Assembly (NCBI RefSeq): GCF_009914755.1
Contig: NC_060946.1
DNA from: the human T2T-CHM13v2.0 reference genome, Homo sapiens
Length of the DNA: 64,000 bases
Strand: one strand, 5' to 3'
Positions 42,501 to 54,535 of this stretch are shown one piece after another. Positions within the stretch are counted from its first letter, which is position 1. Each line of letters starts with the position of its first letter. The notes under the pieces are model-generated. The model was not told the origin of the DNA and did not search any database. It saw only the letters and a list, made by a program, of their open reading frames with translations. Position numbers and translations under genes: made by a program.

Positions 42501-43555
42501 CTTGCCTTGGGTCGAGGAAGCAGGGAGCCAGCTCAGAGCAGGCTGTGGGCACCTGGTGGGAGATGAGCTGCCGGAGAGGGTGGCTTGGACAAGGGTGGCC
42601 TGGAGCCCTGGAAGGGCTGCCACAGGGTGGAGACAAGCAGAGGGATTGGGATGTGGCCTGAAAGTGGGGCCGCGGGAAGGGCTGGCTGCCTCAGGTAGAG
42701 GCAGGAGGGGCAGGAGAGGGGAGATGGGGGAAGCTCGGAGTGGGGGGAGATGGAAGAGGGGAAACCCCAGCCAGTAGATATTTGTCATATATCACCCTAG
42801 GATGGACTGGGCATCAGCAAATAGGAAGTCCCTGCGATGGGACACAGGCTGGCCGGGCCTGTCAGGATGGATGCCTGCCAAGGCCAGAGGCTGGAATTTC
42901 ACTGGGGGAAAGCCCCTCACTCCTGGATCCCATGACTCAGTGACACTCATGAAACCCTCCCAGCGGGCACAGCAGTGGGGGTCTCCTGACCACACTTCAT
43001 TCTCTCCTAGCGCTCCCCCAGCCCTTCCCTGAGATCTCGCACTGGCCTGTGAGGGCCCAGCCAGCCTCAGCTCTGCTCAGATGAGGGCCCAAGGACTGGC
43101 GGTGGAGGACCTGCCCAGTCCTGCAGCTCTCAGTGGCGCTGACCCTGGCAACCCAACCCCCAGTCCTGTGTTCTCTGCTGTCAGGGGCTGGTGTGCTTGC
43201 CGGCCTCCCCGCAAGGGTCCCTGCAGTGCCCTGAGCTCTCAGCAGCTCTAAGTCCCTCGGCTGAGCCCAGCCCCCATGCCCTACCCAGCACCCACGCCCC
43301 ACAGTGGCTGCACTCCCCCTCGGCGAGCTCCCCTGGCTTTACTCCGTGCGGTGCACCCAGGGTCCCACCTGTGTATGGCCACCCCGATGCCTCCCTTGGA
43401 GGCCAAGGGCATCTCCCAGAAGACATTTGGACTTTTGCGCCCGCGGCAGCTACCCCGGTCATTTCTATAAGGAGGAGAATTCTCCTCTTTAGGTTTTCCT
43501 CTACTTTCCAAATTGTCAGGCTTAATTATTCCAAAGTTGAAACGCCAGAGACAAA

Positions 43556-43706
43556 CCTCTCAGTCTCCCCACAGCCAGGCCTGTGCCACGAGGGCCCCCA
43601 CCCTGGAACGACCTCTGGTCCTCACTGTTCCTCTCGGTCTCCCTGCAGCCAGGCCTGTGCCATGAGGGCCTCCACCCCTGAATGACCTCCAGTCCCCACT
43701 GTTCCT
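43556..43706. repeat. 74-bp tandem duplication
   Basis: cctctcagtctccccacagccaggcctgtgccacgagggcc... / cctctcggtctccctgcagccaggcctgtgccatgagggcc...; period 74. Confidence 0.9.
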
Positions 43707-44059
43707 GCAGCGGATGGGAAAATCGGGACTCACAACAGCTTCCCGCTCCCAGGCCAGTGTCCCTCGGAGCCACTGAGTGCTGGCCTGGGAGTCAGGGCCT
43801 GTGTCCCCTGCCTGCTGTGACCCCACACCCAGTCTGGGCCCTGCCTGCTCTGACCCCACGCCCACCCCGGGCTCCACGGGCAAAGCGTTCTTCCTGCACT
43901 GGCTCTGGTCTGTAAAAGAGACGTTGGCGCCTGGTCCTCTGTAGTTCACATGAGTAAAGGGGGTGCTGTTACTGATGAGGGTGAATAACCAGTGTGAACG
44001 GGGCTCCCTGAGCCACCTGGATGTGTGGCTGCCCTATGCTGAAGGCTTAGTGGACACTG

Positions 44060-44430
44060 GCCGCCACCACCTCTCCAGCCACATTACGTGCCATACCCAG
44101 CATAATTTTCTGAGCTTTTCTGTGCCTAAACACTTTAGGGTCCTTCCCACTCCAGGGCCTTTGCACATGTGGGTCCCTCTGTCTGCAATGCTCTTCCTCG
44201 TCTTCTCCTAGTGAACGCCTGTCCATCCTTTAGCTCCCAGCTCCCAGAAGCCTTCCTCCCTCCCTGGGGACTCGGAGTAGTTACCTGCCTTTGTGGCTCC
44301 TCAGCCCCTTAGATAGCTAATGTCTGTCCCGTCCTGGGCCGTGTACCTGTGGACGCACGCCTATCTGGGGCATTGACATCTTCCCAGGCAACGCCTGGTA
44401 CACAACAGGTGCTTCACAAACATACCTTAA
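44060..44430 (-). mobile_element. L2 remnant
   Basis: cccactccagggcctttgcacatgtgggtccctctgtctgcaatgctcttcc...cctggtacacaacaggtgctt. Confidence 0.65.
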
Positions 44431-45658
44431 ACCACTCAGTGGAGGAGAGCCTATTGTTATTCCCACAAGCGGGGTGGACCTGAGCCCAGAGGAGGTGGGG
44501 TTTGAATCTTCATCTGCCCTGCCCCACAGCCCGCATCCCTCACCGCTGGACACAGGATCCCCGAGATGAGATTTCACTGTGCTGCAGCCTCTGTGGGCAG
44601 GCGTCACTGCTCTCCTCCCGATACCCCAAACCTGATCATTCCGCCCCTGTCCTTGTCTTGCCCATCCACCATGGACAGCCCCAGGCTCAGTAGCTCCTGC
44701 AAGCAACGATCCATTCGCAAAGGGCCCTGTGGACCTCCAGACATCTCACGGTTCTGACGGCTAACACCCCTCCCTTGCTGACCCCGAGGGCAGCTGGTGA
44801 CTGCTCGGGGTCTGGGTCATTATTGCCCCTGCCCTCTTTTCCACATGTTTCAAAGTTCCTGTCCCAGTGAGGAGCAAAAGCCTTCATGGACAGCAGCCTG
44901 AGGCAGAAAACAGCAATTATTTCAGGGGAGCTGACTACCTTATGTTCTAGTCCATGGATTTATACATGGAGATGGGGCCAGCTCTGGGCTGGGAGCCCTG
45001 CAGCCAGGGGCAACCCTGCCTCAGTGGGACCACAGGCCAACACCCACTACCCCAGCCCTCCTTGGCCAGGGAGGTCCAGGCCAGCCTCTCTTACCAGGCG
45101 ACCACCAAACCTTCCCGCCCCCACCCGTGTGCCTCACTTCACTTTATGCCTCTGCCAGGAACAACCACCACAGCTAAAGCCACCACCGTGTGCTCCCGGA
45201 TTCTCCTCCAGGGTGAGGGATCTCCTCCCTCCCCACCACCAATGGGCACTGTGCCCTGTTGGTTCTCTTCACAGCTCTTGTCTGGATTATAGCGTGTCTC
45301 ATTTTGGCTTCTATTTAAGACTTTTTCTTCTTTCTTTGCCTCACTAGAATGTGAAACCCTGGAGGCATGCACATGGTTTTCTTTACTGCCGTGGTCGCCA
45401 TAATGTGGCCCCCGACGGCGTCCACACCAGAACCTCAGGACCTGTGAATGTGTCACCTTTCATGGCAAAAGGGGCTTTGCAGCTCTGATTCAGGGTGGGA
45501 ACCTTGGGATGGGGAAATTGTCCTGGGTGTCCGGGTGAGCCCAGTGTTAATCACACGAGTGCTTAGAAGCAGGGACCCGGGTCTGGCTGATGAGCAAGAT
45601 CAGGTGGAGGGAGGGGGAGAGATTAGAAGCCGGAGAAAGACTCGACCTCCATTGCTGG

Positions 45659-46600
<942 letters not shown>

Positions 46601-47472
46601 CTGGCTTTGGAGATGGAAGAAGGGGTCATGAGCCCAGGCATGAGTCCCTCCAGAGGCTGGGAATGTCATCAGCTGACCACCAGCAAGAAAACTCAGTCCT
46701 CCACCTCCTGGAGCTGGAGTCCAACTGTACCCCCATGAGCAGGGGATGGATTTTCCCCAGGGCCTCCAGAAAGACCTTGCCCACGCCTTGATTTTAGCCT
46801 AGCATGCACCGTATTGGACTTCTGACCTATGGAGCGGTAAGAGAATGGATGGTGCCATTTAAACCACTGAACCTGTGGTCATTGCTTATGTGGCAACAGA
46901 AAAACACACAGCTAAGTCCCCTGCCTAGAAACACTCTGGCCCCAGAGTGGGTCTCCACCTCTCTGGCTGATGGGCTGGCAACAGCCCCCAGGTGGTGTGA
47001 CTTTCCCCAGGCTCGGAGCGCTGAGGAAGCCTGCTGGAGATCACCCAGCCAGGGGGTGGCAGAGGTGGGACTCCAACCCGTTCCTCCTGGCAGGTGGCTT
47101 CCACGGGGTGGGGCGGGGGCAGGAGCAGCTCCAGGGTGGAGTGGGCTTCACATCACCTGTACAGGGCTCTGCAGCTCTGCCCTCATGGGCCTGGGGTACA
47201 GAAGGGAGGTGGCCCTGCACCCCCCAGTGGTTCCCCGCCACCAGTGCTCGTGCTGCAGAGGGGGGCCGTGCTGGTGTCATGCCTTCCATCCAAGGGCTGT
47301 CCCGGAGGCGGAGCCCACTGTGCAGGGAGGATGGGTTAGGGCAGCTCCCTGGCAGGGGTTTGGCTTCCCCAAGGAGGCACTTCCTGACTGGCAGAGCTCT
47401 CCTCTCCTGGGCAGGAGGAGCTGGTGGGCTCAGCTTGAGAGGCCATTGGGGTGGCTCCAGTTAAGAGGGCAT

Positions 47473-47765
<293 letters not shown>

Positions 47766-47959
47766 GAGGGCAGGGTGGGTGAAGGACAGGCTCAGCTCAG
47801 AGCCACCTGCTGCTTTGAGATGCCAGGCCCCTCCATGACTCCGTGCGGCCTCCTCCTGCCCTGACCTCATGTGGCAATTACTGGAGACTTGTCTCTGTGA
47901 CCACACCAGGGTCTCCTGGAGGGCAGGGCTGTGGCTTGCACCTCTGTGTCTCTGGGCCC

Positions 47960-48560
47960 AGTGAAGTTCTTAGGAATCAATGACTGTTCCCTGAGCACCT
48001 GCCAGGGCCAGACCTTGGGGCCACAGAAGCGGGAGAGTCAGGCCCACTCTTTCAGGGGACAAGCACAGCACAAATCAGTATGACTGATTAGATAGAGCTC
48101 TTGGGGTGGGGCAGGGGCACAGGTGCCAAAGGAGCATTGGGATGGATGTGGGGGTGAGAGGGGGACTGGGAGGGCTCTTCCCATGGAAACTAAGGAAGGA
48201 ACCCAAGTGTTAAAAGGTGAGGAGGAGGTGACCAGGGGAAGGCAGGAGGGATGGTGCCTGGGTAGAGGGACAGTGTGGACAAAGGTGCAGGGTGTGCCAA
48301 GTGGAGGGCTGGACACTAAGGCCTAGGACCCCATGCAGGAAGGGGACTACAGAGGCCAGTGGGAGGTGGCTGGGGTTGCGGAGCAGATCAGACAGACCCT
48401 CCTCAGAGTTGGGATATTTTTCCCGAGGGCAATGGGAGCCACAGAGCATGTTCAGCCGGGGATGAGGCTGGCGGAGTTGTGTCTCGGGAAGTTCCACAAG
48501 CACCTGGGCGGTAACTAGCCGGAGAAGCCTGATTGGATCTTCAAGAAGGATGGGGAGACA
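47960..48560 (+). mobile_element. L2 remnant
   Basis: ctgagcacctgccagggccagacc...gggtagagggacagtgtggacaaagg...ggcaatgggagccacagag; boundaries approximate. Confidence 0.55.
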
Positions 48561-48873
48561 CGAGGGTGAGAGACCCAGAGAAATCTGCAGTGAGGCCAGG
48601 AAACCTAGGCCGGCTCAGCTGCCCTCCCCTTCTCTCTCCACCGCCCCGAGCAGAGCTAAGCTGCAGCATGAGAAATGGCCCTGCCTGGCGGCAGCTCTCC
48701 CCCAGAAGCCATTTGAAAGTGTTCCCAACTGAAAACACAACATTAAAAAGAGGAATTCAAACATAGTCAATTCCTCCCTTTGCTGGGTTTAGCTGCCAGG
48801 AGCATAATGATTTTCATTAATACCATCAGCTTTCCTCAAACTTGATTATAATTACTCTCCAACCCACATCCCC

Positions 48874-48953
48874 TTCTGAGGAGTGATGATGAGTGGAATC
48901 TACATTAATCAAATCCACTGATCACATCTGAATGTGGTGGCCTGAACTCAGAG
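48874..48953 (+). ncRNA. Candidate orphan box C/D-like small RNA (unvalidated)
   Basis: Box C GTGATGA 48883-48889 (overlapping ATGATGA 48886-48892), box D CTGA 48942-48945, terminal stem TTCTGAG/CTCAGAG, internal CTGA at 48918 and 48928. No expression or conservation evidence. Confidence 0.22.
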
Positions 48954-49751
48954 CCTGTGGCCAATGGGAGAGGCCAGAGGGGATGGCTGGACGCCCTCTC
49001 TCCCTGGGGTGATACATCCATATGGATGGGGGAATGAACGGCCCTGATCAGCCGCCTCCCTGCGGCTGCTTCTGTCCACAGGGTCTGTTCTCATCCATCA
49101 CCTGTGAGGCCCTCACACAGCTCCCAGTGGCAGGAATACTGTTTGCATTTTGAGACAAGAACTGTGGCGCAGGGAGGTCGTGTGACTTCCTGAAGGTGGC
49201 CCAGCCTGTTGGAAGTCAGTTGTAAAGCCAGAGCCTGGGAAACCCCAGGCCAAACTGCTTTCTCCTCTGTCCTGATGGTTCTCAGGGGAGCAGGGTGGGT
49301 AGGGGTGGGTGCTGGAAGGAAGAAAATGGCAAAGAAACAGGGGGCAGGAGGAAGTGGGAGGCGTCTTTCTGGACTACCCAGCCCCCTGGGAGAACATCCG
49401 GCGCCCTGTCTGGCCACCCCGGAGTCTAGGCACTGGCACCTGCCCCACCCACCCCTGCACAACAACGCTGACCACTTGTCACTCTCCCCTCTGCCCTCTG
49501 TGGGGATTTTAAATGCACTCATGTCACTTGAGGCTCTGAGATTTGCCTGGCCCCCAGCCCCACCTGCAGCCCCTTCCTCTCCTCCACTCCCTGCTGCACT
49601 CCAGCAACTCCTAATCCTCACAGTCTCCCGGAACACGCCCTGCTCCCTGGCCCTCCCCAGTCTGTCAGGCCGCTCAGATATCCCTCCCAGGGAAAGCGCT
49701 TCTGATGGCTGCAGGCAGCCCCACTTCCCCTCCGTGGATCTCAGGCTTGTG

Positions 49752-49765
49752 GTTTCCATGGAGAC
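49752..49765 (-). promoter_or_regulatory. RFX X-box motif
   Basis: Minus strand reads GTCTCCATGGAAAC, matching the X-box consensus GTYNCYATRGNAAC; binding not shown. Confidence 0.45.
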
Positions 49766-49983
49766 GGTCACAGGTAAATCATGAAGTTGGGCACAGGTAA
49801 GTCATGGAGCAGCAACAGGTAAATCATGGAGCAGGAACAGGTAAATCATGGAGCGGGCACAGGTAAATCATGGAGGTGGGAACAGGTAAATCATGGAGGT
49901 GAGCACAGGTAAATCATGGAGGCGGGCACAGGTAAATCATGGAGCGGAAACACGTAAATCATGGGGGTGGGCACAGGTAAGTC
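49757..49983. repeat. Minisatellite, 22-23-bp unit (ACAGGTAAATCATGGAG + variable linker) x 10
   Basis: CAGGTAA/CACGTAA cores at 49771, 49794, 49816, 49838, 49860, 49883, 49906, 49929, 49951, 49974. Confidence 0.97.
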
Positions 49984-51279
49984 GCCTTTCTAAGGTGCTG
50001 GCTACTTAGAGTTTTCCCATTGACAGAGTTGAAGGTTGGCAGATGGGTTGAAGGAGGCTCCGTGGCAGCTTCGCCACTTACCAGGCTGCCTCGGGCACGG
50101 GTTCACCTAGCTGGGCCTCAGTTTTCTCATCTGTAAGGTGGGGCAGTAAGAGCACCTACACCATGGGGGCACAGGCAGGGTGTTCAGCAGGCTCTCTGCA
50201 GTGCGGGGGTGAGCTGCTACCTTCCTCTCTGACCCTCATGTCTCTCTGGATGGCCCAATTGTCCCTCAAGGACTTCAGGACCTTGGGAATAGGGACTTCT
50301 CTTCATCCATAAGGCATGTTGTGAGTCCTGGGCACTGCACCAGCTCTGATCAAAGAGCAGGCACACAGCTCTGGCCCAAGGCATATGCCTTGAGGGCCTC
50401 TCTATGGGGGCAGCGCCGTGGGCACAGTAGGGCCTCCTCCAGGATACGTGCTCTGTTGCATCACACGTGTGATGGGAGGGGCTCAGCAGGTACCCAGGTA
50501 CCTTCTGTGGAGCTCAGAGCCCGGAGCCAAACCAGCCAAAGCAGCCAACACCCCAACCATGGGCCAGGGGCTGCCTAGCTGAGAAATGAGCAATAGTGCA
50601 GCTGACAGGCCAACCCCCAGCCCCAGCCCCAGCCTCCAGGGGAATAAACCTGTCAAGTCATCCCCTCGCCTCCCCAGAAGGAGTGGGTGAGCCACAGGTG
50701 CCTGAAGGATGACTGGGCCCTGATGATTAAGCTGAAAGAGAAGCAATGCCTTACTTAATATTTACGTAGGGGGAACAAAAGAAAAACATCATCAATCCAT
50801 TTGCCAGGCAAAATAGCCTAGCCCCCTGCTAGGGTGGACTTACTGCCCAAGATGGCACACTGGGTTCATAGGACTCTGCCCTTCCCTCCCTGGGGCCGCC
50901 AAAAGCAGAAAGTGCTTAGAGAGAGGGCGAACTCCTAACTATGCTGGCAACAGAGAAAAGGGGCCTCCCTGTGGGCAGGACAGTATTGGGCTGGGCTGAG
51001 GAAGAGGCTGGAGTTGAATAAACCTTGACCAGAGGTGGGAGGAAGGATGGGTCTCCCTAGCTGGGTGCAGAAAAGCCCAAGTTGGGCATTACAAACTACT
51101 CAGGTCAAGACTGGCCGGGGCGCAGGAGCATTTGGGATGGCAGGTGCTCGCCTGGTTCCTCCTCTCTTTTGTTAACCAGAGTTGCTGGTGACAGGGACCT
51201 TTGACTTCCGGAACCCAGGGGCAGTGGGCCTGCGTGGAACTGCCTGAATGCTAGGTGGTAAGGATGAAGCAGAGGAACA

Positions 51280-52330
51280 AGAAAGAATAGCTGAGACACA
51301 AAGAATACTGAAGATGGATGAAATGAACAAAAATAGTGCAACGGGTGTGTTGAATCATCAGAGGCTCATCTGGAGATCAGGCTGGCATTCTGGAAGACAA
51401 GAGAAAGCACCTCTTTAGCACAGAGCAAAGTGACTTCGAGATGAGGGACGTGAACTGCAGGACTGAGGGGCAGGGGCGTCTGACAACGAGATTTAGCAGT
51501 CCTTTGAGAACAGCTCATGGGGGAGACCAAGGGACAATGGGGAAGAGGAAGTCATAGTTTGAAAAATAATAGGCCAGGCATGGTGGCTTATGCCCGTAAT
51601 CCCAGCACTTTGGGAGGCCGAGATGGGTAGATCACATTAGGTCAAGAGTTCAAGACCAGCCTGGGCAACATGGTGAAACCCCGTCTCTACTAAAAATTAG
51701 CTGGGCATGGTGGCATGTGCATGTAATTCCAGATACTCAGGAGGCTGAGGCAGGAGAATTGCTTGAACTCAGGAGGCTGAGGCAGGAGAATTGCTTGAAC
51801 CCAGGAGGCAGAGGTTACAGTGAGCCAAGATCATGCCACTGCACTCCAACCTGGGCGACAGAGCAAGACTCTGTCAAAATAACAACAATAATAATAAGAG
51901 TAACAGAAGAACTGTTTCCCCCCGAGCTGCAGCAAGATACATGTTTATGGATCTGATGCACCCGATAAGAGTTGAGCAGGACTAATGATGGAGAAACACC
52001 CACGCCTGGTGAAATTTCAGAATGACAACTGTAAGGAGAACATCGTGAAAGCTTACAGAGGGAAAGAGCAGTCTGGGACAAGGAAACAAGAGACGGGCGG
52101 GTATCAGAGTTCTCACAATCAGCCACGAAAGCCTGAAGGCAGTGGAGCCATATCTGCCAAGTTCTGATGGAACAGGTTTTGATCAGAGTTCTGTGCCAGC
52201 TGAACTGTCTTCAAGGATGAAGGCAAACAGAAGCTTCTCAAGATGAGGAGAAAGGCAGCTGGTTTACCCCCCATGCCCTTCCACATATAAGCCCCAGCCC
52301 AGGCTGCACGCACACCGCATTTAGGATGCA
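51280..52330 (+). mobile_element. HAL1 / ancient L1 ORF1 remnant interrupted by an Alu
   Basis: ORF at 51985 gives HPRLVKFQNDNCKENIVKAYRGKEQ, resembling the L1 ORF1p PRHIIVKF..K.KEKILKAAREK.Q segment; purine-rich flanks; boundaries approximate. Confidence 0.65.
51572..51897 (+). mobile_element. Alu (AluS) with an internal 32-bp duplication
   Basis: ggccaggcatggtggc...gactctgtcaaaataacaacaataataataa. Confidence 0.96.
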
Positions 52331-53619
52331 TGCACAGAGTTTGAGAGCTGCTTGTAATTAAGCAGGGGCCAAGGAGAAGGCAGCATAGATCGGGAGACAG
52401 GGGCTTCCAAGGCAACGCAGAGCAGCTGCGAGACAAGAAGCAGGTGAAAACGCCTGTGCGGCAGTCGCTGCTGGGTGGATTCTCCTAAGCACAGGTTTTC
52501 AGGAGCTGGAACCACATTTCCTAGTCTGTGGGTTCAATCACACTCTGAGGTTCCTCAGGGAATGACCCCCACGCAATGCTAACATCGGCTTCTTTGTTAA
52601 TTTCCAACTTGTAGAATGAGTCCATTGACAAAGGGCCGTCAAGCGATTTTTGGTTGTTCCACCTGGATTGCAGAGGCCCTCAACCTTGACCGTGGAGCTC
52701 CCAACCTTGATCGTGGAGCTGTGAGCCTGGGCAGCAGCCTGAGTGGGGAAGGGTGGAGGGGGGGTCATTTCTTCACCCTCTGTGCTGCTCGAGGTTGGCA
52801 CATCAAGAAACTGAGACTAGGTTCTTTGCTCATGTACCCAGCGGCCTCATTTGTCCAGGCCCAATGAGGGCCAAGCACTGCTCCAGACACTGAGGTCAGA
52901 GCTGAGCTCAAGACGGAACTGGTTCATCTTCCTGTGGGAGGGTCCGACATGAAGCCCACCACCAACACAGGAGAGAAGCCCCACGGCGGCGGCGCGGATG
53001 GTGGGCAGGACTTCATCTGGGAGGGGCGCCTCAGAGCCACTATGCTGGGCACGCCCTGTGGACGGTGACTTTCAAGCCTGGCATGAATGGCAAGAAGGAC
53101 CCGATCGTCCTGCCCGGGGCTCAGCCGGCTCGGGGGCCGGTGGGGGAAGTCTGCCCTGCCAGAGGAATTGCAAGGCGGCCAGCGGGGCTGGGAGGAAAAG
53201 CACAGGTGGTGGAGGAGGGGGCACAGCACGTGAAGCAAGAGGGGTGCAAGGTGCATTCAAGAGAGGTCCCAGGCCCAGGTCCTGCAGGTCTGGAGGCCAC
53301 GGCAGAGTTTGGACCTGACCACAGCTGCTGTTGGGCATCGTAGGAGGCCTGAACAGGGGAGAGCCCTGGTCCAAGGAGCTCCCTCTGCCTTTGGCCTGCT
53401 GGGGACGATTCGGGCAGAAGGAGAGCAAGAGTCTGGGGCGATGGCCGGGGTCAGGCAGCAATGGTGGTCTATGCTTTAAATCATGGAGTCCATTGAAGCC
53501 CACAGGGAGAAGAAAATACCGTTGAGGTGAAGGGCAGGGGGAGAGAGAGCAGGATGCATAGGGGCCTGCCTGGGCAAGCCTCGCGTCTCAGAGCCAGAGC
53601 CCGCAGATAATGTGCAAAG

Positions 53620-53832
53620 ATGATAAGGAAGAGGTAGAAGTGGATTATTTGAAGTTAGAAAGAGAGCTGATAGAATTAAAAGCAAAACAGAGAACAGCTG
53701 TTGCCTCAGGGGAGCGGGTCTCGGCAGGGGGATGGGAGCAGAGGCGGTTTTTACTCTTCTTTTCTACTCTTCCGTAAGATTTTATATGTATTCTACATAA
53801 CCATGTGCATATGTAACTTTTTTAATTAAAAA
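53620..53832 (+). mobile_element. HAL1/L1ME-like 3' end remnant
   Basis: aacagctgttgcctcaggggagcggg...aaccatgtgcatatgtaactttttaattaaaa-like terminus. Confidence 0.5.
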
Positions 53833-54299
53833 GGGAGGGGGTGGGGAGAAACTAGAAAGATGTGGCTGTGTCACCCTTCCAGAACAAGCCAACTTAATGG
53901 CAGAGGAGGGGACGTGGTCAGGAGCATGTGCTGAGAGCAAGCCATGACTGTGAGATGGGCAGAGGTGGGGCTGTTGGCATGGGGTGGTCCGGGAGGCCCT
54001 CCAGGAGGCAGAACAGAGGCTGGGCGCAGGGGAATGAGGGCGCACCAGTTGACGAATGGGAGAGGGGATCAGAGGGATCAGCAAGCGAGAAACACTGAAG
54101 CCAAACTGACCAGGGACATGAGAGGTCCAAAGAAGAGATGGGAATCCCGGAGTAAGAGACAGGAATCCCCCCCTCCATGGGGGAGGTGGCGGGGAGGCGA
54201 GACGGGAGGGGGCTGTCTCAGGCCTGGTGGCCAGAACTTATCCCTGTGTCCTGGGCTATTTGCTTGATGGTGATAAGCCCAGCATCCTTCTATAATTCA

Positions 54300-54535
54300 G
54301 GGTAACACCGTGGCAATGGTAGCTCCTGTGGGTGCTTCCTCTGTGCTGTGCCATGCCCTGTGCTAAGCAGTCCAAGTGGATTATTTTGTTTTCTTCTCAA
54401 AGCACACTTGCCTAATTGTTCCCATTCTATAGATGACAAAACTGAGGCTCAGAGAGGTAAATTAGTGCAGAGTTAGTGGGCCGGTAAATGGCAGAGCTGG
54501 GACTGGAACCCAGGCAGGTCACTGCTGGCTCTCCA
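54300..54535. mobile_element. MIR remnant
   Basis: cccattctatagatgacaaaactgaggctcagagaggtaaatt...ggcagagctgggactggaacccaggcag. Confidence 0.75.

Noticed and set aside
44662-44682. REST/NRSE-like CACCATGGACAGC
   Set aside because: The left half lacks the conserved TCAG (reads CATC), so it is only a partial match.
48903-48912. CATTAATCAA, recalled as also present in 18S rRNA, as a snoRNA guide
   Set aside because: Same sense as the rRNA rather than antisense, and only ~10 nt; treated as coincidence.
49757-49983. CRISPR-like repeat/spacer array
   Set aside because: Linkers are only ~5-9 bp and related to each other, there are no cas genes, and the context is mammalian; it is a minisatellite.
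52975-53200. Possible CpG island or promoter
   Set aside because: Only a short, modest CpG enrichment; similar small patches near 15960 and 21520 also fall well short of an island.
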